A stretch of DNA of 64,000 bases from an uncultured Acidobacteriota bacterium (GTDB lineage: Bacteria > Acidobacteriota > UBA6911 > RPQK01 > JAPXNP01), in assembly GCA_963777605.1 (NCBI GenBank), contig CAVZRV010000035.1:1-64000 (forward strand). Reading direction: 5' to 3'. Within the stretch, counting starts at the first letter, position 1. Every line of letters begins with the position of its first letter. Both the position numbers and the translations under genes were made by a program. The notes beneath the pieces were generated by a model. That model was not told the DNA's origin and did not search any database. It worked only from the letters and a program-made list of their open reading frames with translations. Shown here one piece after another: positions 22,063-31,240 of this stretch.

Positions 22063-23157
22063 TCAAACAACCCGGATTCGTTGCACAGAGGTGGAACGAT
22101 CCAGAGTGTTGGCCCGAATTGCGGTCGCGCGGCGAAGCAGCCAGTCAAATCCCACGACACGTAGCCTTCTGCGACTCTGGTTGTCCGCATCAAGGGCATC
22201 GCGCTGAGAAGGCGAGAGCTTGCCTTCACATCCGATCACAACCAAACACTCTGGATCACGGAACTCCGGGAAGTGACTCCTCATGCTATCTGGTCGGTCC
22301 ATCATGTATTGTCGGTACTGAGTTGCCTGACTGATTGCTTGCGTGGCGGCCGCGCTGATTTGATTCCCCTCCGTGACAAGTTGCTTTGCCGGCGTTTCGA
22401 TCTCCACTATCAGGTAGGTATTGTCAAACCTGCGCACAATGAAATCTGGCTCTTTGGCGCCACAGAGGTCAGGCCGCGACCATACTTGAAAACACATCGG
22501 ATCCAACAACTGCGGTACAGTTTCCAGAAACGCTTGAAAACGTTGTTCATCGCCAGGGTGCTGAGTGATGAGAGACCCAAACTGATTGAGAATGGGCTCT
22601 CCTATCGCAAGCCACCGCGCCGCCAGTGCGGCAAACACGAGCTTTGCTGCATCGAGTCCGCCAACCGAAATATGGCCTAACCCTGAGGCTGCCGCCTCAG
22701 CGGCGTCCTCATCGCTTGGGATGGCGAGCAATAGATCCATCAGCCGATGTTTTGCGCGGTTGCGCACATCAGAGTTTCCCTGAGCCTCCTTGAGGATCCA
22801 TTCCACGGTCTCTTTCGGAAGAAGGTGAGAGCCGAGCAGCCACGAACCCGATGCTGCGGCGCTCGCTAGTACGTCGATCGCGATCGATATGTTCTTCGAA
22901 GTTCGAGATCGTAGCGCGGCCTCGTAGAGGGCATCCACTCCCTGTTCGCCCCATCGAAGCAATGCCAAGCCCGCAGGAGCTTTCAGCTCGTAGTTGAACG
23001 TGAATCCACCGTAAGGATCCTCATACAGTAGTTGTACAGCCACGAGTGCTGATAGGCTTCCATCATTGATACAGTCCGCAATGAAGGCAAGAATCTCCTG
23101 GGGAGCACCACGGGCGATTAGTTCACGGGCAACTAATTGTCTGTCAGTATCCATCAC
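22063..23157 (-). CDS. Shedu (SduA)-like anti-phage nuclease, DUF4263 C-terminus with helical N-terminal domain
   Basis: EQRFQAFLETVPQLL...EPDFIVRR...LIVEIETP...AISQATQY...CLVVIG...RLRVVGFDWLL, the typical SduA-C pattern. Confidence 0.8.
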   Translation of the reverse strand: MMDTDRQLVARELIARGAPQEILAFIADCINDGSLSALVAVQLLYEDPYGGFTFNYELKAPAGLALLRWGEQGVDALYEAALRSRTSKNISIAIDVLASAAASGSWLLGSHLLPKETVEWILKEAQGNSDVRNRAKHRLMDLLLAIPSDEDAAEAAASGLGHISVGGLDAAKLVFAALAARWLAIGEPILNQFGSLITQHPGDEQRFQAFLETVPQLLDPMCFQVWSRPDLCGAKEPDFIVRRFDNTYLIVEIETPAKQLVTEGNQISAAATQAISQATQYRQYMMDRPDSMRSHFPEFRDPECLVVIGCEGKLSPSQRDALDADNQSRRRLRVVGFDWLLRRATAIRANTLDRSTSVQRIRVV

Positions 23158-23481
23158 TGCATAGTCAGCCAGCCAGTCTAGCGACGCCTCGATGCCGCGA
23201 TTATCACCTGGCTCCTAAGCTTGGTCGGACATGGGCTTTCTCCTCGGCCTTAGCGCAAGGCTCCTAATCAGGGAGATCAGGACCGTTATTCTTCCACGGC
23301 CGCTAGATGATCGACAAGCTCCCTGCCCACTTTTCACCTGCTATAGGCGCAATTGGTCGGAGAATGTGCGGGCTTCAAACGAGGTTGCAGATGAGTCTCT
23401 TGCACGAACCCTGAATCTGTGGGGCCGGACGAAACCGGGGACGCGAGCCGGAGGCACTTGGCGCCACTCTGCTGTCGGCCT

Positions 23482-23960
23482 TCAGTCTTCGCCAAACAGG
23501 ACGAAGCCTGCCCAGTAGATGGGGAAGGCCGAGTCGCCGAACTTCTCCATGAGATCCAGTTTGGCTTGGCGGAGGGCCATGGCCTTGTCCTGGCCGCTGA
23601 CGAAGTCCTCGTAGAAGCGTTTCATCAGGGCGAGTCGTGAAGATGTCGTCGTCGGTCCAGAGACTGGCGAGGACGGATTTGGCGCCGGCCAGGAGGAAGG
23701 CTCGTTCGAGGCTGGCGATGCCTTCCTGGCCGAGGAGTCGGCCGTTGCCGGTATCACAGGAGGAGAGCGTAACCAGGTCAGCACGGAGGGGGAGATCCCG
23801 GATCTCGCGGACCTGGAGGAGGCCGTCTTCATCCGAGTCGGGGGAGGTTCCCAGGACAAGAGCAACTCGATCCGGGATTTGCTTGTCGGACACTCCGTGG
23901 ACGGCCCGGTGGATGATTCGAAAATCGCCTGGTCGCTCAGCGTTGAATGCCGACTTGGTC
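23482..23960 (-). pseudogene. Duplicated 3' fragment of the CHAT protease gene
   Basis: Near-identical to about 25655-26122 (IIHRAVHG, LVTLSSCDTG, YWAGFVL); no upstream TPR part. Confidence 0.85.
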
Positions 23961-24091
23961 AAGTCTGGCTTTCACAATCTCCACCGAGCTGGAGAGCAGT
24001 GCAAAGCAGAAATGAACCGTCGCGAACGTCTTTGTGGGATTGTTCGTTCCATCCCCTTCGCTCACACGCTCGAAGGGGAATGGCATAGGGA

Positions 24092-25393
24092 TCATTTATC
24101 TCGCTGATCCCCAACGGTTTCACACGCAGGCCCCGTAAACGCCCAGTAGACCCCCGGAAGTGCCGGGTCCTGGGCGAGTAACTCGGGCTGCTCCGCACGG
24201 CCTTCTCGGATCTCCGCCCTATACAAGCGATCCTTGACCCGGTAGTAGACCACATCGTCCTCGATCAGCAGCACGGCGCTCTCAATATCTCCAGTAGGGA
24301 TCGTGAGAGAACGTCCGCGTTTAACATCGAAAAGAAACAGTTCTTTCCGGGGATTCCAAAGCAGAAGACTCCCGTACTTGTAATCCTTCTCGCGCTTTTC
24401 AGTGCGCACCCGGTCGACCAGTTCCTGAGGAAAACCGTTTATCCTTGGTCCGACCGGAAGGCCGGCGAGCCAGTAACCAAACGGCTGAAGTCGGGTCAGG
24501 GCGTTGGGCTCGTGGCCCGGGACCGCAACATCGCTCCAGGTGTTCTTGGATTTGTCATAGACCCTGAGAATGAGTTCAGGGCGGTTCGCACTCTCTCCGC
24601 GGACCCAAACCAGGTCCAGCTTCGACGTCCCGATCCACCAGACCGCGAGCCCCATTGCCTGTCCCTGCTTCTCCAAGACAGGCCAACTCCCCGGCCTTTT
24701 GGTGAGAGCCCGCGAGGGATGACTCAGCGGGGGCCAACCCATATCAATGAGGCGCTTTCCGGAGTCATCCCACCAGGGAAGTTTGAGCGATCCACTCGGA
24801 TCAATCATGAGATCCATTTGATATGAGTCCTCGAGATCCGGTCCCGGACTGCCAGGCAAGCGAGCGAATCTGAGGGCCTCGGCATCCAGCTCCCGTTCTT
24901 TGCCCGTGAGGAGACTAAACACGTGATGCTGTCGCTGCCGTGTTTGGAGTGAAACGCTCTCCAAGGCAAGGCACAGCCCGTCGTTAGGTGTATCGAGCAC
25001 GTACGAGAAGATTGGCTGGAAGGACTCGTCGTACTCCAGAGTCAGCGTACGGAATTCGCAAGGCTGATCCATGTCTACGATTGAAATCTGTTTCGGCCGA
25101 AAATGAGGGGTTGCTACAATCAGTTTACGAAGATCCTGGTAGGCTCGCACGAAGGCCGATTGGGTAGTCGCGGGCGCCAGTTCAACGACATCGGCCAACG
25201 TTTGTTTCTCAGTAGATAGACGATAGACACGCGTCGGCACCTGGATGTCCGGATTGCCCGTCGGGTAACCGGAAACCAGGTAAAGACGGGTTTCCTGCTG
25301 TGCGCACAGGTCCTCGGTCAGACTAAGCGACGCCATCGCGGCTGCGACGACGACAAAAAGAAACCGCAATCGATACGAAACATCAATCCGCAA
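24092..25393 (-). CDS. Secreted/periplasmic hypothetical protein (beta-rich)
   Basis: Long ORF with a signal-peptide-like segment RLRFLFVVVAAAMASLSLTEDLCA; start codon uncertain. Confidence 0.65.
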   Translation of the reverse strand: MRIDVSYRLRFLFVVVAAAMASLSLTEDLCAQQETRLYLVSGYPTGNPDIQVPTRVYRLSTEKQTLADVVELAPATTQSAFVRAYQDLRKLIVATPHFRPKQISIVDMDQPCEFRTLTLEYDESFQPIFSYVLDTPNDGLCLALESVSLQTRQRQHHVFSLLTGKERELDAEALRFARLPGSPGPDLEDSYQMDLMIDPSGSLKLPWWDDSGKRLIDMGWPPLSHPSRALTKRPGSWPVLEKQGQAMGLAVWWIGTSKLDLVWVRGESANRPELILRVYDKSKNTWSDVAVPGHEPNALTRLQPFGYWLAGLPVGPRINGFPQELVDRVRTEKREKDYKYGSLLLWNPRKELFLFDVKRGRSLTIPTGDIESAVLLIEDDVVYYRVKDRLYRAEIREGRAEQPELLAQDPALPGVYWAFTGPACETVGDQRDK

Positions 25394-25628
25394 AATGCAA
25401 GTTCCCCGGTTCGTTTCTAACACGATGGATCGGTGTCTTGCACCCAGCGAGCTCGCACTTGCCGAAATTGGAGATCCAGAATTGAGGGGCTGAGCCGCTT
25501 CTCGTACGATCAAGGCGGTCGTGGAGACAACACCCAATGCACTGAAGACTCAGGTCTGGACAGCAGTGGCGAGCCATCGCGGCCTGAGATCCCCGTTTCC
25601 ATCCCTGCGAATTTCCAAGCCCCTCAGG

Positions 25629-28263
25629 TCAATTCCGGACTGTTGCCGAACCGTCACCAACAAGCACGAACCCTGCCCAGTAGACTGGAAGGGCTGCGTC
25701 GCCGAACTTCTCGAGGAGATCGAGTTTGGCTTGGCGGAGGGCCTGGCCCTTGTCGAGCCCATGATCGACCAGGTGCTGGTAGAAGCGCTTCATGAGGGCG
25801 GTCGTGAAGACGTCGTCGGCGGTCCAGAGGCTGGCGAGGACGGATTTGGCGCCGGCCAGGAGGAAGGCTCGTTCGAGGCTGGCGATGCCTTCCTGGCCGA
25901 GGAGTCGGCCGTTTCCGGTGTCGCAGGAGGAGAGCGTGACCAGGTCGGCACGGAGGGGGAGGTCCCGGATCTCGCGGACCTGGAGGAGGCCGTCTTCATC
26001 CGAGTCGGGGGACGTTCCCAGGACGAGTGCTGCCCGATCCGGGAATTGCTTGTCGGCCACTCCGTGGACGGCCAGGTGGATGATTCGAAAATCGGCCAGT
26101 CGGCTCAGCCTTGAATGCAGATTCTGTTGCCGATTGGTCGAGTAGCAGTTGGCTGCCGTCCCGGACGATGTCGGCGATGCTGACGACTTCTTCTTCGCTT
26201 CCGGGCAGGTTCGGGAGGGATGCCAGGTTGACGAATCCGCCTTCGAGGTCGTCCATCTGTGATGCCTCGGGTTGAGCAATGTCTCGGAGTGTCACCGGAG
26301 TAGACGACATTGCCGACGCCGAGGAAGCTGCGGGTCGGCCGCTCCGGCGACCTGAAGGTTCTCAGCAGATGAAGGACCGTGGCCGAGGGGGCATAGGTGA
26401 CGACATGCGACTCGAGGACGTACTTCCCTTCCTCGTCCCGCAAGGCGTCGAACGGCAGGAGGTTGAGCTTTCCGTCGGGGACCACGATCAGCCGAGCCTT
26501 GGAGTCTCCGTCCAGGACCGGTTGGAGCAGGATCGAGAAGAGAGTTCGCTCAGCCGGAATATCCGCTTTCCGTGACCGGACATCGTCGAGATACTCATCG
26601 ACCAGCTCGTCGATCCGCTCGCGACCCGTTGGCAGCGTGATGATCGCAGCGCCGGTACGGGTGATCTTCAGGCAATAGGATTGTTCCTTCCCGAGAACGT
26701 ACTCCAGCAGGATCTCGTCGGGACTGAGTGAATTCTCGATCGTTGCAAGTGGAACCGGCTTCGAGCGATCGCCCCCAGGAGACAGCGCCGAATCGGTCCG
26801 GCGGACCGGGGACAGGAGTTGCTCGGCGCGGAAGAGCTTGTCGAGCAACTGCGCCCGTTCGTCCCGGTCGGTCTCACGCAGCAGGGCACTTTGGATGCGG
26901 GTGATCTCCTTTCGCGCCTCTGCCGTCTGTCCACCGGCGGCCGTCAGAGTCTCTCTTTCGCCGCGCAGGGTGTCGGCGAGAACGCGGCCGCGGGCTCGTT
27001 CCACGATTTCGTAGGCCTTGGCCGGATCCGAAAAGGCGGTCGCCGCCAGTTCGAAGTGGCCGACGTAGGCGTCACTCAGCGTCTCGATCAGCGAGCTCTT
27101 CAACTGCCGCTGGTTGACCTTGACCAGGAGGCCTTCGATCACGTCGGTCGCTTCGCTGTAGAGCTCGTCGGCACGCTGGACGTCTCCTTTCCGGGCCTTC
27201 AGGTCCGCCAGCAGCGCCAGGTGCTGGGGCAGGTGGTACCGGTCTTCGAGTTCCCGCATGATCCGGTTGGATCGCGTGGCCAGTTGTTCGGCGGCGTCGA
27301 GGTTCCCGGAGTCCCGGTAAGCCGTGGCCAGTTCGAAGGTGCTCCAGGCGAAGACGTGGTGAAAGCCCTTCTTCTGGCTCAACTCAACCGCCTCGCTGAG
27401 GTGGCTCAGTCCCTTCGCCGGATCGTCTGGAGCGATTGCGGTACCGGCTACGATCAACAGCTGCGTCAGCGCGAAGAAGTTTCGGTCCTGACGGGCCCGG
27501 GCGATCGCTTGCTCCAGGAGTTCGGCCGCCTCGTCCTTTCGATTCAATGCGATCAGGGCACGGGCCTTGCCTTGATAGGCGAGAAAGGGGAAACCGGCTC
27601 CCCGGGTGACCGCAGCGACTCGCAGTGCGGCGTTGCAGTATCGGAGTCCCGTTTCGGGCCGCCCGGCCGACACGAATCCGTTTCCGACCATGGCGGTGTA
27701 GTAGATCGCCGCACCGAGATCGAGGCGAAGGTATTGAGAGGTGATCGCCTCCCGGAGCATGTCGGTGGCGGAACGGAGATCGCCCTCCATATAGAGAACC
27801 TGGCCGATCTCCGCCTCGGCCCGGTTTTCCCAGTCCTTGTCGTCCAGTTCCTTCGCGAGCTTGAGGATCCGCTCCCAGGAGTGCCGTGCAGTCAATTCAT
27901 TGGAGTTCCGATCGAGTGCGGCCCGCGCGACGAGAGCTCGAAGCCGGAGCCTGGGATCCTCCTGCACTTGCGGATCGTTCAGGTAAGTATCGACCTCCCG
28001 GCTGAGATCCGGGCGTGACTCCCGAATCGGCTGTCGCCCAGATGTAGCCGAGCCGGGCCGCAACTGCGTCCTTCTTCTCAGCCAGACTCCCGAAGAAGCT
28101 TCTCCGCCTCGACGTATCGGCTTGAGGCTTCGGGCCAGTTGTAGAGCTTGGCCAGCCGGTCGGCGTCGGCCAGTATCCGAAAAGGGTTGGGATCAACCGA
28201 GTCGCCGCTGACCACGATCGAGAGCAACGGAAGTCCGAACAGGAGCAGCTTCTTCGTGAGCAC
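25629..28263 (-). CDS. TPR-CHAT (caspase-like) protease with N-terminal signal peptide; frameshifts near 28080, 26280 and 26110
   Basis: MLTKKLLLFGLPLLSIVVSG signal; TPR-like helices; VERARGRVL; LIVVPDGKLNLLPFDAL; catalytic IIHLAVHG and LVTLSSCDTG; YWAGFVLVGD. Confidence 0.9.
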
Positions 28264-28356
28264 GCGACGTCTCTCCGAAAGTCAGGTCTGGCTTCTCAAC
28301 CCTGAACACCCATCCGCAGGATTTCCCGAAGTTTCGCCAGAGGACATTGAGACAGA

Positions 28357-29152
28357 TCATGAAATCCTCACGTTGTTTCTCGATCCTTTCGATGAGAGCT
28401 CGGCGGACGCTGCACCTCCGAAGCAGGGTGCCGGGAGAACGATCTCAAGGGCCTGCTCCAGGCGTTGGATCGCCCGACGGTTGGCCGCGAGCAACCGTGC
28501 CGTCCTCAGCGGCGACCATCAGGGCGACCCGGAGCGCCTTCCGGCCGTCGAGACCACCCGCTTCATTCAGGGCGACGTTGAAGTCGGGCAGTTCCCGGCC
28601 GATGCTGTCGGAGACGACACGCAACACGGCTGCCGGGATGCCGGCACTCGCAGCGGCTTTGAGGATCGCGTAGCTCTCCATGTCCACAACGGACGCTCCG
28701 TGGTCTGCCAGGGCCCTTCGCTCAGTGCTGGTCGTCGCGATCCTCGATGAGGTGATCCCAACCGCACGCTCACAGCCGAGTTCGGACGACTCGAGTACCT
28801 CGAGGATGCCGTCCGAAATCGCCGAAGAACAGGGCAGCATCGGATCATCCACCTTGGTCGAGCGGCACTCGGTGTAGACCACAATGCGGCCTTCCTGAAT
28901 TGACTCGCTCAATCCTCCGCAGAGTCCGATGACGAGTACGGCATCGGGCTTCTCCGCCGCAGGATTCCCCGGGGTGAGCCCCAAGGCAAGCTCCGCTTTC
29001 TCCTGGGCGTTCTTCGGTCCCATCCCGCTGATGGTGAGAAGCACCTGGTTGGGGCCGCAGCTGCCGGGTGATCCGGGTGCCGGAGGCACGGCCAGTTTCT
29101 CGACGGGCTTCCCCTCCATGGGCGAAGCGGCGAAGACACAAATGAGACTCAT
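28357..29152 (-). CDS. Nucleoside phosphorylase-family protein (PNP/MTA-SAH nucleosidase fold, HpnG-like); frameshift near 28520
   Basis: SGMGPKNA; VLVIGLCGGL; VVDMES; AVLRVVSDS...LPDF. Confidence 0.8.
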
Positions 29153-29219
29153 GGGTTCTCCAATCCGAGCTCAACGAGTGGGCGGGCACGCGCGGGCGTG
29201 CCCGAATGTTGCAGCTATT

Positions 29220-29717
29220 CTAAAGCAATCCCTCGTCGGCAAAGCTGAAGTGGCCGTTTCGACCGATGATGATGTGATCGAAGAGGCGGATCCCGATGAT
29301 CTTTCCGGTCTCGACGAGCCGGGTCGTGATCGCTCGATCTTCCGGACTCGGGGAGAGACTGCCGGAGGGATGGTTGTGAACGCCGATGATGCCCGAGGCA
29401 CCCGCCACGATGGCGGCGCGGAAGACTTCGCGGGGATGGACGGGCGAGCTGTTGACGGTGCCGATGCTGACGACGTTCAAGGCGGAGATCTTGAGCCGCC
29501 CGTTCAGGTGCAGCGCGATGAAGGTCTCCTGATCCATCTGAACCAGGTTGCGCAGCAGCCGGGCGACGACCTGGGAGGAATTGAACTGGACCCCGGCCAG
29601 CGCCTCGATTTCGACCGGCAGCGACGGGTTGTCCCGAACGATCAACTGGGCTTCCTTGAAGCGGTATTCCCGCACGTTCGGCTTGTCGTTGGGTCGGTTG
29701 GCTCGCTCGATCTTCAT
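29220..29717 (-). CDS. radC: RadC/JAB-domain protein (UPF0758)
   Basis: DQETFIALHL; VHPREVFRAAI; HNHPSGSLSPSPED; FDHIIIG. Confidence 0.92.
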   Translation of the reverse strand: MKIERANRPNDKPNVREYRFKEAQLIVRDNPSLPVEIEALAGVQFNSSQVVARLLRNLVQMDQETFIALHLNGRLKISALNVVSIGTVNSSPVHPREVFRAAIVAGASGIIGVHNHPSGSLSPSPEDRAITTRLVETGKIIGIRLFDHIIIGRNGHFSFADEGLL

Positions 29718-29898
29718 GTTTTTGTCCTCCAGTGAAAGGGGTTTTCGGTTTCTTCACCGAGGCCGAGAAACCAAAAGCCCGGATCTGGAGGACTGAAAGA
29801 GGACCCAGAGAGTCAGAGGTCGGAGCCCCTGGCATTTGGAGTGACAGGCCCCGCCCTGGCGCGAGAAATGCTGAGCGGAGAGCTCGGGCGAGAGGGTC
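29718..29898. promoter_or_regulatory. Conserved double-hairpin upstream element, copy 1 (candidate ssDNA promoter of radC)
   Basis: Proximal hairpin 29724-29793 contains the RBS; distal hairpin 29802-29898 has apical motif TGACAGGCCCCGCCCTGGCGCGA and sigma54-like CTGGCGCGAGAAATGCT (29856-29872). Confidence 0.7.
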
Positions 29899-30135
29899 AC
29901 CAGGGAAGAAGATCGAGTGAGCGAACCGGCAGACAAGACGAGAACACCAATGCAGGAGTTAGGGCCCCCGGAGTGATGGTGGGTAAACCCTGTCTTGAAC
30001 AGAGACGGGGCGCAGGAGAACGGTCAGGTCGTCGACCGTCCGTACTGCCCCTGCCGTGGGGCACCGGTCTTCTGTGCTTGGACATGTCACTCGGGTACTT
30101 CAAGCTTCGTCTGGACAAGGGACACTGCTGAGTGA

Positions 30136-31236
30136 TTGACTTCTTCTGTGAGACTTCACTATGTCTTGTTCGTTTGCCTTGTCGCTCTGGCGTTAGACAT
30201 TCATCTTCAGAGCGCGAGGCGGGTACCGGCTGAACGTTACTTCCTTGTCCAGGCCGGACCTGAGGCGGAAGCGAGAGGATCCGAAATGGCGGGGGCGGAG
30301 ATCACAGACAGACCGCCCGCGGGAGAGTTGCTTTTCGCCACTGAGAAGATGGAGCGCTCCGGCAACACGGTCTACCGCGTTGATCTTCCTTCAGGAAAGC
30401 AGGGCTTTCTCTCAGCTCGCCACATCCAGCGCGAATTTCACGATAGTGATCCCGAGTGTCTCCGCATCGAGCTTGACGGGTGGATCTGTCTTCCGCCGGG
30501 AACCCAGGCCGCGCCTATCTTGAAAAGCCCCTCCACCCGGGCTCCGGTCATCACCGAGATCTGGCCGAGGGAGAGACTCCCGGTTCAGGGCCTCGTCCGC
30601 ACGGGGGGGGCCACCTGGTATGAGGTTGCCGTCAGCACGGGTGGGCATTCGGAGAATGGCTGGATCCTCGACCTCACAGACTCGATCCGACTCCTCCGCG
30701 ACTTTGAGAGTCCTCTCTGCCCCGACGGCATAGCCCTTTTTCACAAGGGCCATTCTTACCCTGTTTGGATTTTCGCCAACTCCGCCAACCTGACGGAACA
30801 GCCCGACCGTCAGAGCCCAGTTATCAAGACGGGCAGAGTGCCGGACCTTCTGATTGCGGGTTTGGGAGACAAATACGGTCTCGAAAAGATACCCGACGAC
30901 CGATGGATATCGGTCAAGTGGCGATCGGAAGGAACATATGCCTCGGCCTGGATCCAGAGGAAGTTCCTGAGTGCCGATTACGATCCTGCGCGCCGAAAGG
31001 CCTATGTTGAAAAACACGATCTGTCGTCCGATTACCGCGCAGCCATCCTGGATGGACGAGTCCTTTACGGTATGACGAAAGCCATGGTGGAGGCGAGTTG
31101 GGGAAGCCAGTACTTCGCAGAACTCGACGGAACAACCGAAATCTGGACCATGAGCGACTTCGGCCCCGAACTATTCTTCGAATCCGGGGTGCTCACGGGT
31201 TGTGACGACTACGGCATTGGTGACCGGTGTCCGTGA
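30136..31236 (+). CDS. Secreted protein with SH3-like repeats and SmpA/OmlA-like C-terminus
   Basis: Signal peptide; repeated WYEV...GWI and WISV...AWI patterns; terminal YGMTKAMVEASWG...EIW...LFFESGVL. Confidence 0.6.
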   Translation: MTSSVRLHYVLFVCLVALALDIHLQSARRVPAERYFLVQAGPEAEARGSEMAGAEITDRPPAGELLFATEKMERSGNTVYRVDLPSGKQGFLSARHIQREFHDSDPECLRIELDGWICLPPGTQAAPILKSPSTRAPVITEIWPRERLPVQGLVRTGGATWYEVAVSTGGHSENGWILDLTDSIRLLRDFESPLCPDGIALFHKGHSYPVWIFANSANLTEQPDRQSPVIKTGRVPDLLIAGLGDKYGLEKIPDDRWISVKWRSEGTYASAWIQRKFLSADYDPARRKAYVEKHDLSSDYRAAILDGRVLYGMTKAMVEASWGSQYFAELDGTTEIWTMSDFGPELFFESGVLTGCDDYGIGDRCP

Positions 31237-31240
31237 TAGC

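Noticed and set aside
23176-23308. Possible attC upstream of Shedu (ATCTAGC...GCTAGAC on the minus strand)
   Set aside because: Core boxes deviate from AAC/GTT and no convincing internal stem was found.
23482-26122. CHAT repeat as a diversity-generating retroelement TR/VR pair
   Set aside because: Differences between the copies involve all four bases rather than adenines only, and no reverse transcriptase is present in the window.
1-29152. Programmed frameshifting or true pseudogenisation of brxC, pglZ, the receptor, anti-sigma, CHAT and phosphorylase
   Set aside because: Isolated single-base indels in otherwise well-conserved genes with intact catalytic motifs fit long-read consensus errors better; this cannot be settled without reads.
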